DNA from: an uncultured candidate division Zixibacteria bacterium | GTDB lineage: Bacteria > Zixibacteria > MSB-5A5 > UBA10806 > 4484-95 | Assembly: GCA_963668625.2 (NCBI GenBank) | Contig: CAXXKA010000006.1 | Coordinates: 384,001-448,000 of the forward strand | Direction: 5' to 3' | Length of the DNA stretch: 64,000 bases | Shown: in pieces, positions 1 through 10,095 of the stretch | Numbering within the stretch: the first letter of the stretch is position 1 | Layout of the letters: each line of letters opens with the position of its first letter | The notes under the pieces: generated by a model | Database searches by the model: none | What the model saw: only the letters and a program-made list of their open reading frames with translations | What the model was told of the DNA's origin: nothing | Made by a program: the position numbers and the translations under genes

Positions 1-70
1 AGCCGAGCAAAGCGACGGTTAGATACGGATTTTATCTTATGATTTTTAAGATGCAGTAAGGATTGTTACG

Positions 71-1276
71 ATGTTTTCGGTAGTATATTTTATCGCCGGC
101 CTTGTAGTTGGTGTTGTTCTGGTTATGATTATAAACTCCCGCCGCAATCGCGATATAAAAGCGCTGGCGCAGGAGATGGTTTCTCGAGCCGATGCCGAGA
201 AGCTTCAAAACCTGGAGCAGTTCATACAGCGTATCAAGGAATCGTTCAATTCCATCTCGATGGAGGCGTTGGATAAATCCTTAAAGCAGAATCTCGAGGC
301 AGCCAAGAGCGCGTTATCCGAGCAATCCTCGGTAAGCGCCAAGGATATCGATGGTAAAAAAGAGCTGATTTTCAAAACCTACGATTCGATGAAATCCGAG
401 CTCGAAAAAGTCAATAAGCTGATCAAAGAATTCGAGGGCGACCGCCAGAAAAAATTCGGCGAACTATCGAGCCTTCTGAGCAATACCGGCAGGGAGTTAA
501 ACCGTCTACAGGATACCACCACCAAACTGACAACGGCGCTCGTGCGTTCGCGCGTTCGCGGCAACTGGGGTGAGCGCATGGCCGAGGATATACTGAGATT
601 GGCGGGATTCATTCAGGGAGTCAACTATTTCAAACAAAAAACACTGAGCAACTCGGCCCAGAGACCGGATTTTACGTTCATCCTGCCTAACGATCAGAAG
701 ATCAATATGGATGTTAAATTTCCATTCAACAATTATTGGCTTTATCTCGAAAGTGAAAATGAATCCCAGAAGGATGGCTATAAGAAGGCTTTCCTTAAGG
801 ATGTTAAATCACATATAAAAACTCTGAGCAGCCGAGACTATATCAATCCCGATGATAACACCGTTGATATCGTGATTATGTTTATTCCCAATGAGCAGGT
901 CTATTCGTTTATCAACGAGAATGACCGCACTATACTCGACGAGGCCATCACTAACAAGGTGGCGTTATGTTCGCCGCTTACACTATTCGCCATTCTTGCC
1001 GTGATTCGTCAAGCCGTGGATAATTTCAATCTCGAGCGCACAGCCAATCAAATCCTTCAATTGATGGGTGGATTTAACAAGCAATGGAGCATGTATATCG
1101 ATGTGCAGGATAAGATGGGCAAACGCATTGAGGATACCCAGAAAGAATACAACAAACTAATCACTACCCGCCGCAATCAACTGGAGCGAATTCTAGATAA
1201 AATAGAGGATTTGCGAAACCAGAAGAATCTTCCGGTTGATGATATAGTAAAGCCTCCGCAGATTTCCGAAAATTAG
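71..1276 (+). CDS. rmuC: DNA recombination protein RmuC
   Basis: N-terminal TM, coiled coil, RGNWGE, RPDF, DVKFP and MFIPNE motifs typical of RmuC. Confidence 0.93.
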   Translation: MFSVVYFIAGLVVGVVLVMIINSRRNRDIKALAQEMVSRADAEKLQNLEQFIQRIKESFNSISMEALDKSLKQNLEAAKSALSEQSSVSAKDIDGKKELIFKTYDSMKSELEKVNKLIKEFEGDRQKKFGELSSLLSNTGRELNRLQDTTTKLTTALVRSRVRGNWGERMAEDILRLAGFIQGVNYFKQKTLSNSAQRPDFTFILPNDQKINMDVKFPFNNYWLYLESENESQKDGYKKAFLKDVKSHIKTLSSRDYINPDDNTVDIVIMFIPNEQVYSFINENDRTILDEAITNKVALCSPLTLFAILAVIRQAVDNFNLERTANQILQLMGGFNKQWSMYIDVQDKMGKRIEDTQKEYNKLITTRRNQLERILDKIEDLRNQKNLPVDDIVKPPQISEN

Positions 1277-1716
1277 AAATCGAAAAAATATAATACCTGT
1301 CGTTGCCGAATCAGTCATGTATTTCGGGGAAATAGCTATCGTATTATTGCAGGCATGATTTAACCCGGAGACTCCCAATAAGAGTATATCTCTTACATCT
1401 TTTTAGGAAAGCTCGAGTATTGTGATTGGATTTGATTACGCTCTTAGGCGAATTCACCTCACATTAGCTGAGGCAGGGTGGTTTAGATGCCTGATATACG
1501 ATGAACTATCGAGTTCTCATCCCCGTATAGCTTCCGGATCAAGTCCTAAATGGCAATTGTAAAGCCTTTTGAGGCAAGTAATCCCATATATTCATGCCAT
1601 ATTCCCCTTGCAACCAAACGCCAAAAACTCCGTAAATCTCCTGTTGATTTAAAGAATCGGAGCCTTTATATTAGGCGGAAATTTGAATAACCAAACGATA
1701 ATAGGTGGAGGAATAA

Positions 1717-2640
1717 ATGTCTAGTGTTAAAAAACGTGATTTCGTAGCGATCACCGAATTCACCGAGTCCGAAATCCGCGAGTCGATCAAGCTGGCTATC
1801 GATGTTAAAAAGAAAGGCCAGATGCTGGATGTCTTGAAAGGCAAAACCGTGGGTTGTATTTTTCATAAAGCCTCTCTCAGAACCCGTATTTCATTCGAGG
1901 TTGGTGTTTACGAATTAGGTGGTTACTCGTTATATATCACCGAGAAAGAGATCGAACTCGGCAAACGTGAATCTATCTATGATGCCGCCAAAGTACTGTC
2001 CCGCTACCTGGGAATGATCGAGATTCGGACATTCGCGCACAATGATGTCGAACAGTTGGCCAAACACGCCGATATCCCGGTGATTAACGGCCTTACCGAT
2101 CTTCTGCACCCCTGCCAGGTAATGTCCGACCTTCAGACTATAGCCGAGCATAAAGGAAAAATCGATAATATGAAAATCGCCTATCTCGGTGATGGTAATA
2201 ACATGGCCAATAGCTGGCTGAAAGCCGCCACCCGTCTACCGCTGGATTTACGTATCGGCACCCATGCCTCCACCCAGCCAGATCAGCAGGTTCTGGATGA
2301 GGCGAAAGCCGCCGGTAAATCGAAAATCACGATTACAGATGATCCCGATGAAGCGGTTGTCAACGCTGATGTCATTTATACCGATGTCTGGGCCTCTATG
2401 GGCGAAAAACATCTGCAGGAAGAACGCCAGAAACTTCTTTCGGCGTACCAGGTTAACTCGAAACTCCTGAATAAAGCCGGCGATGAGGTAATTGTCATGC
2501 ACTGCTTGCCGGCGATTCGCGGCCAGGAGATAACGGATGAGGTTATAGACGGCCCGCATTCTGTAGTATTCGATCAGGCCGAAAACCGTCTCCACATGCA
2601 AAAAGCGATAATGATCAAACTCGCCCGGGAAAGTTTCTAA
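1717..2640 (+). CDS. argF: Ornithine carbamoyltransferase
   Basis: SLRTR, HPCQ, DVWASMG, HCLP and QAENR motifs; GGAGG RBS upstream. Confidence 0.93.
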   Translation: MSSVKKRDFVAITEFTESEIRESIKLAIDVKKKGQMLDVLKGKTVGCIFHKASLRTRISFEVGVYELGGYSLYITEKEIELGKRESIYDAAKVLSRYLGMIEIRTFAHNDVEQLAKHADIPVINGLTDLLHPCQVMSDLQTIAEHKGKIDNMKIAYLGDGNNMANSWLKAATRLPLDLRIGTHASTQPDQQVLDEAKAAGKSKITITDDPDEAVVNADVIYTDVWASMGEKHLQEERQKLLSAYQVNSKLLNKAGDEVIVMHCLPAIRGQEITDEVIDGPHSVVFDQAENRLHMQKAIMIKLARESF

Positions 2641-2684
2641 GCGATATTGAGTTAAACTAATTTCACGTTAAAATTGACTAATCC

Positions 2685-2717
2685 GTAAGGCCGTTCGATC
2701 GAACGGCCTTACTTTTT
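2685..2717 (+). terminator. Intrinsic terminator after argF
   Basis: Perfect palindrome GTAAGGCCGTTCGATCGAACGGCCTTAC followed by T-run. Confidence 0.8.
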
Positions 2718-3001
2718 AGTATCAGGATATCGTAATTATACTCGTCTTTGTAGTCTGCCTGATATCTATAGTGCCACATCGGTGAGTTACCAATGACTTA
2801 ATTGAGTCAATGAAATTGTAAGGCTAATCGCATTTTATATCTATGAATATCATTTCCTTTAGCCATACTATGCATCGCTTTGCGTATTGACGTATCGAGG
2901 CATACACTATCGATTAATTATATTTTATCCAGCAAATGGTAAGTTATTATTTATTATTGGATTCGGTGATTAGAATATAGTGCTGTTCTGTTAGGCCTTT
3001 C

Positions 3002-3017
3002 AGGCATGTACTTTGCT
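3002..3017 (+). promoter_or_regulatory. Putative sigma54 (-24/-12) promoter
   Basis: AGGCAT-GTACT-TTGCT matches GG-N10-GC spacing, about 30 nt upstream of the 3047 start. Confidence 0.6.
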
Positions 3018-3046
3018 TTTATAGTCTCAAAACGAGGAGGCTTGAA

Positions 3047-3517
3047 ATGAAATGTTATTTCCACGGATCGGTAAACGGCGATGATCAACTGGCGAATCAA
3101 TTAGGCACGGTAAGTTTTGCCATACCCGATATCGGAGTAATATTTAGGAGCCGCTGGACTGGCAATTTGATAGAGTGCCAGTATGCCGCCTTATTATCTT
3201 TACTACAATTTATCGAAAACAATAAAAAAGCTTTTAATAGTAAAGAGATCAGGATTCTTTCGGATGCCTCCGTTGTCGTTTATCAACTTACGAAGGATTC
3301 TTTTATTTTAAAGAGTATCGAGCCATATTATAGAATGGTTCAGACCTATAAAAATAAATTCTCTTTCGATCTCAGGTGGATACCGGAGAAAGAGAACACC
3401 GCCTTGAATGGTATGATCGATACACCGCCGATGAAACCGAGTATCGAGATCAAATTCGACATGAAGAAAGATCCTGGTAACGGCAATCGCCCCGGTGGAT
3501 ATCTTCCCCTCGAATAA
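3047..3517 (+). CDS. RNase H-like fold protein, probably catalytically degenerate
   Basis: RNase HI-like pattern (YFHGS, ECQYAAL, ILSDASVVVYQL, WIPEKEN) with most acidic catalytic residues altered; GAGGAGG RBS. Confidence 0.65.
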   Translation: MKCYFHGSVNGDDQLANQLGTVSFAIPDIGVIFRSRWTGNLIECQYAALLSLLQFIENNKKAFNSKEIRILSDASVVVYQLTKDSFILKSIEPYYRMVQTYKNKFSFDLRWIPEKENTALNGMIDTPPMKPSIEIKFDMKKDPGNGNRPGGYLPLE

Positions 3518-3600
3518 TTTACTTGCATTAATTGCAACTTGATGTAAATTATTACTGTATATAATGCTGAGGGGCATTCATCAATAATATAGGAGGTTTA

Positions 3601-6180
3601 ATGAGATATGCAGCATCCATAGCTTTGATGTTTCTGCTTATGGTAGGAATTACCGAGGCATCCGATGCCCCTGTGGAACTCGTGCTGAATCGCAGTGAGA
3701 TGACTGTCCGACAAAGTCTGGATCAAACGTTGAAATTCGCTGATGAAAACGGCGCTACCAGGGCCTGGGTATTTTTTACCGATAAAGGTTTTTCCTCGGA
3801 TGATATTTATTACGACAAATTAAACGAGGTAGAAAACAGTCTTACTGAAAAAGCTAAAACCAGAAGAATGAAAACGCGCGATCGTTTCGACCTGGTTGAT
3901 TATTACGATATTCCCGTGTACGAACCATATATCGAGCAGGTGCTTGCGACAGGCGTCAAGGTCAGGCGTGTACTGAAATGGTTTAACGCCGTCACTATCG
4001 AGGGCGATGCCGATCAGCTTAACGATATCGCGGCTATGCCTTTCGTGTGCCGATTCAAGCATATAGTAAGTCGCTCTTTGCCCGATGGTTTCGACCGGAC
4101 CATGAATGAAAGTACCGAGCGGCCATTGTTAAGCTCTACTCTCGATTACGGCGCTTCGCAATGGCAGAACGACCAGATCAACTCGGTGGTAGCTCATGAA
4201 CTCGGGATAACCGGACAGAATGTATTGATTTGTATGATGGACACCGGCTACCGTCAGGGACATATTGCTTTTCAGGATGCCATCAATGAGGGCAGACTAA
4301 TCACTCAGTACGATTTTATCAACGATGATGATAATACCGATTACGATCCCGAGCAGGACGAAGAAAATCAGATTCGTCACGGCACCTTGACCTGGTCTAC
4401 CCTGGGCGGGCAGTCCTCGGGCAATTTGTACGGCCCGGCTTATGGCGCTAATTTCGTGCTGGCCAAAACCGAGGATATCACGGGCGAGTATCACGGTGAA
4501 GAGGACAATTGGGCCGCCGCCGCCGAATGGTGCGATTCACTGGGTGTGGATGTCATTTCGGCCTCGTTGGGTTACCGTTACCGGTTCGATCCTCCCGATG
4601 ATGACTATCCCTACGAGTGGATGAACGGTGATTCGACCATAGTCTCGATTGCCGCCGATTTAGCCGCGGCTCGCGGTATCACTATCGCCACGGCGCAGGG
4701 CAATGACGGCAGTGAAGGGGACGGTTCGCTTATCGCGCCGGCCGATTGCGATTCGGTTTTAGCTGTTGGCGCGGTGGATTACAATGATGAAATAGCAAGT
4801 TTCTCTGGATTAGGACCAACTTTCGATGGTCGTACCAAACCCGAGGTTTGCGCATTAGGCAGCGGTACGGTTTGCGCCGATCCCGCTGATTTAAACGATT
4901 TCGCCACCAGTTCAGGAACATCGCTTTCTACACCTCTCGTAGGCGGAGCATGTGGCATTTTGCTCTCGGCGCATCCCAATTGGTCTCCTATGATGGTCAG
5001 GGAGGCGTTAATGATGACCGCCACCAATCCCGAGGATCCGTGCAATGTCTATGGAACGGGTATCATCGATGTTGGCAAGGCATTGTTCTACCATCCCGAG
5101 GGTGACATGATTATAGAACATCAACCGATTATCTATTTCCCGCCGGGACTGGATAATATAACCGCCGATGTTACCATAACCGGCGGCGCGGGCGTGAGCC
5201 ATGCCTATTTTCATATGCGCCTCGATGAGCAGGATGATTTCGAAGCGACCGAGATGTATGGCAGCAATGATATCTACGAGGGAATCATACCCGGTCTTGA
5301 TGACGGTTACGTTCAGTATTACTTTAGCGTTGAAGATAATAACGGGATCACTATCACGTATCCTTACAACGCTTCGGAAAATTATTTCACGGTATATGTC
5401 GACAGCACCGCCTTTAATGATTCATTCGAGAACGGCCTGTACTACTGGAAAACCGAAGGCACCAACGGTAACTGGACTATATGCTCGGAACGAACTCATA
5501 CGGGTACCATAGCTCTTACCGATAGCCCATACCGTGATTACCGCGACAATGCCGAGTACATAATTACCAGTAATTTCGAGATTAACTTATATGACGCCCG
5601 GTCGGCTACCGCGAGTTTTTATGCTCGTCATATACTCCAGTCGAATATGGATTACGTATATTTCGAGGTTTCCACCGATGGCGGCGAACACTGGAATATG
5701 CCAGGACCACTCATGACCGGCTCCCAGATGAATTTCCTTCAGACCACGGTTGATCTTTCTGATTATATCGACAATAGCGTGATGTTCAGGTTCAGGATGG
5801 TGACGGATGGTTCCACGGTAAGGGATGGCGTTTACATAGACGATTTCGAAATCGTCTGGGATACTCAAACGGACATCCAGGATGATGGCAATCAATTGCC
5901 GAGCGAGTTCTCGCTGGCACAGAACTATCCGAACCCGTTCAATCCGACGACTATGATCAAATTCGAGATACCTCGAACCTCCGAGGTCGAGTTGGTCGTA
6001 TATGATATTCTCGGCCAAAAAGTACAGACCGTAGTTTCCGAAACCATGGAGGCCGGTACGCACGAGGCAATATGGAATGGCGCGGATGATAACGGCAATG
6101 AGGTAGCCAGCGGTATGTATTTTTACAAACTAACCGCCGGTGATCATACCCAATTGAAACGGATGACTTTAATCAGATAA
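3601..6180 (+). CDS. Secreted S8 (subtilisin-like) serine peptidase with C-terminal T9SS-A/FlgD-Ig sorting domain
   Basis: Signal peptide; catalytic triad MMDTG, RHGT, GTSLS; C-terminal QNYPNPFNP...KRMTLIR. Confidence 0.9.
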   Translation: MRYAASIALMFLLMVGITEASDAPVELVLNRSEMTVRQSLDQTLKFADENGATRAWVFFTDKGFSSDDIYYDKLNEVENSLTEKAKTRRMKTRDRFDLVDYYDIPVYEPYIEQVLATGVKVRRVLKWFNAVTIEGDADQLNDIAAMPFVCRFKHIVSRSLPDGFDRTMNESTERPLLSSTLDYGASQWQNDQINSVVAHELGITGQNVLICMMDTGYRQGHIAFQDAINEGRLITQYDFINDDDNTDYDPEQDEENQIRHGTLTWSTLGGQSSGNLYGPAYGANFVLAKTEDITGEYHGEEDNWAAAAEWCDSLGVDVISASLGYRYRFDPPDDDYPYEWMNGDSTIVSIAADLAAARGITIATAQGNDGSEGDGSLIAPADCDSVLAVGAVDYNDEIASFSGLGPTFDGRTKPEVCALGSGTVCADPADLNDFATSSGTSLSTPLVGGACGILLSAHPNWSPMMVREALMMTATNPEDPCNVYGTGIIDVGKALFYHPEGDMIIEHQPIIYFPPGLDNITADVTITGGAGVSHAYFHMRLDEQDDFEATEMYGSNDIYEGIIPGLDDGYVQYYFSVEDNNGITITYPYNASENYFTVYVDSTAFNDSFENGLYYWKTEGTNGNWTICSERTHTGTIALTDSPYRDYRDNAEYIITSNFEINLYDARSATASFYARHILQSNMDYVYFEVSTDGGEHWNMPGPLMTGSQMNFLQTTVDLSDYIDNSVMFRFRMVTDGSTVRDGVYIDDFEIVWDTQTDIQDDGNQLPSEFSLAQNYPNPFNPTTMIKFEIPRTSEVELVVYDILGQKVQTVVSETMEAGTHEAIWNGADDNGNEVASGMYFYKLTAGDHTQLKRMTLIR

Positions 6181-6204
6181 GATTGAATTTGCAGATAGAA
6201 GTAC

Positions 6205-6233
6205 AAAAGGCGTTCGTATGAGCGCCTTTTTTT
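6205..6233 (+). terminator. Intrinsic terminator
   Basis: AAAAGGCGTTC-gtat-GAGCGCCTTTTTTT. Confidence 0.75.
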
Positions 6234-6342
6234 ATATTGATCCTAAAAACCACCGGTTAATAACGACTGAGGTTTTCAATAGCAGCACTATCGTATATTT
6301 GTCACTATCGCGGAGGGGATAATTGAAAAAGTCTATTTCATG

Positions 6343-6425
6343 AGTCGTTGGGCGGACGGAGTCCTTCGTTCACCATTTCCCGGTGACATACTGTATGAAT
6401 ACAGCAGGAAGGAAAGGATTCCTTC
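6343..6425 (+). repeat. Dispersed structured intergenic element, copy 1 (copy 2 at 29243-29330)
   Basis: Collinear similarity with 29243-29330; several hairpins with compensatory changes. Confidence 0.7.
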
Positions 6426-6457
6426 AAGCAAGTATCGAGAGAAGAACCAGATGATGC

Positions 6458-8581
6458 CTATTTCAAATACATTGCGGTTTTTACTTCGATCTGATTACCT
6501 GCAGATATCCTGAAAAAGTATAAACCGGAGGCCAGACTGTCGGCATCCCATTCCAACGAATACTTTCCCGTACCCTGTACGCCGTCGAACAATGTAGATA
6601 CTTTCTGCCCGAGTATATTGTAAACCTCGATAGTGGTATGGCTGGCTTTAAGCAGGTCGTACGAGAATGTTGTCGATGGATTGAATGGATTGGGATACAC
6701 CGAGGTAACCATAAACCGCGAGGGTTTTTCGGCAAGCTCGTTGATACCGGTGGTAGAGACATTCATTATCACATCCATGTCGGTTATGCCGTTGGATGGA
6801 TCGTTAGTGAGCAGCCTTATCACGCCGTTGTATATACCCGCGCTAAGGCCATCGGCATCGAAAGACATGTCGATATCGTAGTTGCTCTCAGGTTCTATAA
6901 AACCGCCCGTGGGATCGATTGCCATCCAGGTTTGCGGCGGCGCATAGTAAGGATCAAGATCGAACTGAACCGCTACCCCATCATCCGCGTAGGCAACATC
7001 GCGAGCCACCTGGCAACCGATAGAGCCGTCAGCGTTCTCTATTCCGATCGTGTTCTCGTTTAATCGCCCCGGCCCCATGCTCTGGTATTGATACTTGATT
7101 GTCGAGGGGGCGGCCAGGATGATCTGGAACGTGAATAAACCCTCCTGTCTCCAGTCAGGAACCTCGCTCCAGGTGATAATCGCGGTATCGGAATGATTCG
7201 TGTAGAAATAGCAGGCTCCGCCGTTCTCCAGGTTCATATCATCGAAAAACGCCGCCAGAAGATTATTGGGCGCTTCCTGATCGGGAATGCCGACATTGCC
7301 GAATTCGGTGGTATAGAAATCGGTAAACGAAGCCCAGCCATTGGCGCATACACAGATCGAATCGAATGAATTGCCGTAGTAGTTGAAATCGAATCCAATT
7401 GGCAATTTGCCCGAGTTGCCGTCATCGTAATCATATCCGAAACTAATCTCGGCGCCTGTCGAGGTGATATCTATCCAGTCATATTCGACATCATCGGGGC
7501 CGTTGTTATCGTACCAGTAATAACCGAAATCATCATATTGGGATGGACTTAACATCTCGAATGCGTAAATCAGGTCGCCGTCACCGCTATTGGAGATATT
7601 AAACTCGAGGCCTACTTCGCCGTTTAACGGCACATCGATTTCGATCGGCTGATCGGCGAAATTGGCGGCTGGTATACCCTCGTAAGTATATATAGGCCGT
7701 TGCGCATTATGGCCGATTCCGGCGCTGCCGTATTTTATATAGAAGAAGCCATCATCGCCCCAGCCGGGCCCCCAACTGTTTTTAACTATCCAGGCGCCTT
7801 CGCCCTCGCATTCGTTATCATCCCAGCCAACGATCAATACGGCGTGGTTCAAGTCCTCGGTGTCGGCATGTTCGTAGCAACCTCCGTTATACGAATCGAA
7901 ATCGTTATAGGCCGTCATTGTTGTCGAGACCGGTCCGGAGAGTAGCGCATTTTTTATGAAAGGCACGTTAGTCGGAATATCCACGAAATCGAGAAGGTTC
8001 GCCAGTACTTCGCACTGATCTTGCGTGCAGGGTTCTGTGTCATCCGCGTGATAAGGCATGCAATCCTCGCCCACAGCGCCATAATCGATAAACAGGTTAT
8101 ACGCATCTCCCATCCAGCCGCCGCCGCAGTCCGATTCGCCGGTGTTACAGGAGAGAACCTGTTGTTCGGAGAGATCGTAAGTAATACCATCATGTATCAG
8201 TATGGAGGATTCGAACGCGGCGGTGGCGGAGAAATCCCAACATGAACCGCAACCGAGCTGATTGGTAATCGGTGTGACTCCGTTCATCAAACGCCAGTCG
8301 AAAACATCCTGGGTATCCAGTAGAACCGGGGGCTGACTGTTGTTCCTGTTCAGCTCCTCGAATCTCAGCCGAACAGATTCCGGTATCTTTAATCCTCGCA
8401 GGCTTTGACGTTCCTCGGGCGATAGCGCTGTCACTGAATTTTCACCGGCCACCCAGTGAAGTCCTTTTTGTTTTATCATCTCCTGGATTTGTTCGACTTC
8501 CTCGGATACCTCTGCTCGCGAGCTGAACAGCGGGATTAACAATAAACATGATATTATCGATAATATTAGTCTAGCTTTCAT
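6458..8581 (-). CDS. Secreted C1 (papain-family) cysteine peptidase with CTD
   Basis: QLGCGSCW, LNHAV and KNSWG catalytic motifs; probable start MKARL at 8581 with AGGAGG RBS; C-terminal YPNPFNP...TAMYLK. Confidence 0.9.
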   Translation of the reverse strand: MKARLILSIISCLLLIPLFSSRAEVSEEVEQIQEMIKQKGLHWVAGENSVTALSPEERQSLRGLKIPESVRLRFEELNRNNSQPPVLLDTQDVFDWRLMNGVTPITNQLGCGSCWDFSATAAFESSILIHDGITYDLSEQQVLSCNTGESDCGGGWMGDAYNLFIDYGAVGEDCMPYHADDTEPCTQDQCEVLANLLDFVDIPTNVPFIKNALLSGPVSTTMTAYNDFDSYNGGCYEHADTEDLNHAVLIVGWDDNECEGEGAWIVKNSWGPGWGDDGFFYIKYGSAGIGHNAQRPIYTYEGIPAANFADQPIEIDVPLNGEVGLEFNISNSGDGDLIYAFEMLSPSQYDDFGYYWYDNNGPDDVEYDWIDITSTGAEISFGYDYDDGNSGKLPIGFDFNYYGNSFDSICVCANGWASFTDFYTTEFGNVGIPDQEAPNNLLAAFFDDMNLENGGACYFYTNHSDTAIITWSEVPDWRQEGLFTFQIILAAPSTIKYQYQSMGPGRLNENTIGIENADGSIGCQVARDVAYADDGVAVQFDLDPYYAPPQTWMAIDPTGGFIEPESNYDIDMSFDADGLSAGIYNGVIRLLTNDPSNGITDMDVIMNVSTTGINELAEKPSRFMVTSVYPNPFNPSTTFSYDLLKASHTTIEVYNILGQKVSTLFDGVQGTGKYSLEWDADSLASGLYFFRISAGNQIEVKTAMYLK

Positions 8582-8673
8582 TATTCCTCCTAATGGTGGC
8601 ACGATAGGCAATTTATGTAAATTTACGATATTATAAGGATTAGTCAACGAAAAAAGCAGTCATAGCCGACTCT

Positions 8674-9969
8674 GATCTTATCAAGGGAATTGTGTAAATT
8701 TGTAATGATTTTCAGATTTTCGGTTATCCAGCACATAAGCGACTATTCCATAAACGATTCGATCAACACTTTTGGCATTAACAAATTTCCTGAACGGTTT
8801 TATCCTCCTTTGCAATTCCTCCAGATATCGCTCCAGAGGATTATTGGTCTTTATTTGAGTTCTTTCAGGTTCAGCATATTCTCGATAAATCAGTGTTCGA
8901 TCAAAGCCGCGAATAAATGATCGAACAGCTTTAGGTTCTTTCAATCGCCATTTGGCCTTGAAAGCTTTCAATCGTGCCTTCAACTCTTTCTCCGTCTCGG
9001 CCTGATAGACCGCAGCAGCATCCCTGGTGATTCGGCTGCGGTTTTTACGTTCATCCAGATTCTGGCTGATATTCGACAGCTTGTGGAAGACACATTGCTG
9101 TGATTTCACCCGCGGATATAACCCGGCCAGAGCTTTAATCAGCCCCTTACCACCATCGTGAACAACAACCTCCAACAAATGACCGCGCAGACCTCGCTGC
9201 TTGAGATCCGACAGAAAGCCCCACCAGTAGGCCTCGCTCTCAGAGCCAGCCAGCATGAAGTCGATAAGCTCACGGCTGCCATCGTGACGGACACCGTAGG
9301 CCACAAGCAACACCTTCTTCACCTTAACCGGAGAGGTTATCTTCACCCATAAACCATCCAGATGAATAAAACGATAATCATCGCCCAAAGCCCGACAGTG
9401 GAAGCTGCCAACCTCATCGTTTAATGCCTTAACTACGTTCGAGACAGCCTGGGCGCTGATGCTTTCACCATAGGCCCGCTTGAACATCCGTGCTGTCTTG
9501 CGGGTAGAATGACCAAGCAGAAAGCCCTCTAAAATCAGCCGATCCAATAGCTGCGAACGCCGTTTGTGCTTCCGCAAGACACTCGACTCAAAGCTGCCAT
9601 AACGCAGCCGGGGAACCTTTACCTCCTCTAACCAGCCGTATAAACTCAGCAAACCCCGACGGTAATAACCATTCCGATAATCCGCCCGCTCCTCACTCCG
9701 CTCATACTTTCCGCAGCCAACCGCTATCCTAAACTCAACATTCAACATCCGTTCCAAATGACGGCGAGCATGCTTCAACACCACACCCCGAACATCCTCC
9801 TCCCAATAACTCTTGACTCCGGCAAATACATAACCTACATTTTCATCAGCAAACCTAAGTGGTTTCACGGGTATATCCTCCTTGAAGATTAGCGTTTTCT
9901 GCTGGATATACCCGTAATTCTTTAATACATCAATAAATACAAATTTACACAATTGAATTTACACTAATC
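8674..9969 (-). mobile_element. IS256-family insertion sequence
   Basis: Imperfect terminal IRs with core AATTGTGTAAATTTGT / ACAAATTTACACAATT; flanking direct repeat CCGACTCTG at 8666-8674 and 9969-9977 (exact ends ambiguous by 1 nt). Confidence 0.9.
8681..9868 (-). CDS. IS256-family (Mutator-like) DDE transposase
   Basis: YRNGYY, HLDG, VHDG, QQCVFH and TNNPLE motifs; likely GTG start at 9868 after AGGAGG; stop lies within the left IR. Confidence 0.92.
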   Translation of the reverse strand: MKPLRFADENVGYVFAGVKSYWEEDVRGVVLKHARRHLERMLNVEFRIAVGCGKYERSEERADYRNGYYRRGLLSLYGWLEEVKVPRLRYGSFESSVLRKHKRRSQLLDRLILEGFLLGHSTRKTARMFKRAYGESISAQAVSNVVKALNDEVGSFHCRALGDDYRFIHLDGLWVKITSPVKVKKVLLVAYGVRHDGSRELIDFMLAGSESEAYWWGFLSDLKQRGLRGHLLEVVVHDGGKGLIKALAGLYPRVKSQQCVFHKLSNISQNLDERKNRSRITRDAAAVYQAETEKELKARLKAFKAKWRLKEPKAVRSFIRGFDRTLIYREYAEPERTQIKTNNPLERYLEELQRRIKPFRKFVNAKSVDRIVYGIVAYVLDNRKSENHYKFTQFP

Positions 9970-10041
9970 CGACTCTGCTTGCGGAATGATTTGTCGATAT
10001 TTTCCAACAGTATTTACCACTGGTATCCTGCCTGCTCAATT

Positions 10042-10070
10042 AAAAAAACCCCATCACGATTGCGATGGGG
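10042..10070 (-). terminator. Intrinsic terminator
   Basis: CCCCATC/GATGGGG stem with A-run on plus strand (U-run on minus). Confidence 0.75.
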
Positions 10071-10095
10071 GAATATAAGTAAATTCGATAATATT

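Noticed and set aside
1717-2640. N-acetyl/succinyl-ornithine transcarbamylase because of SLRT
   Set aside because: The DxxxSMG ornithine-binding loop and HCLP of canonical OTC are retained
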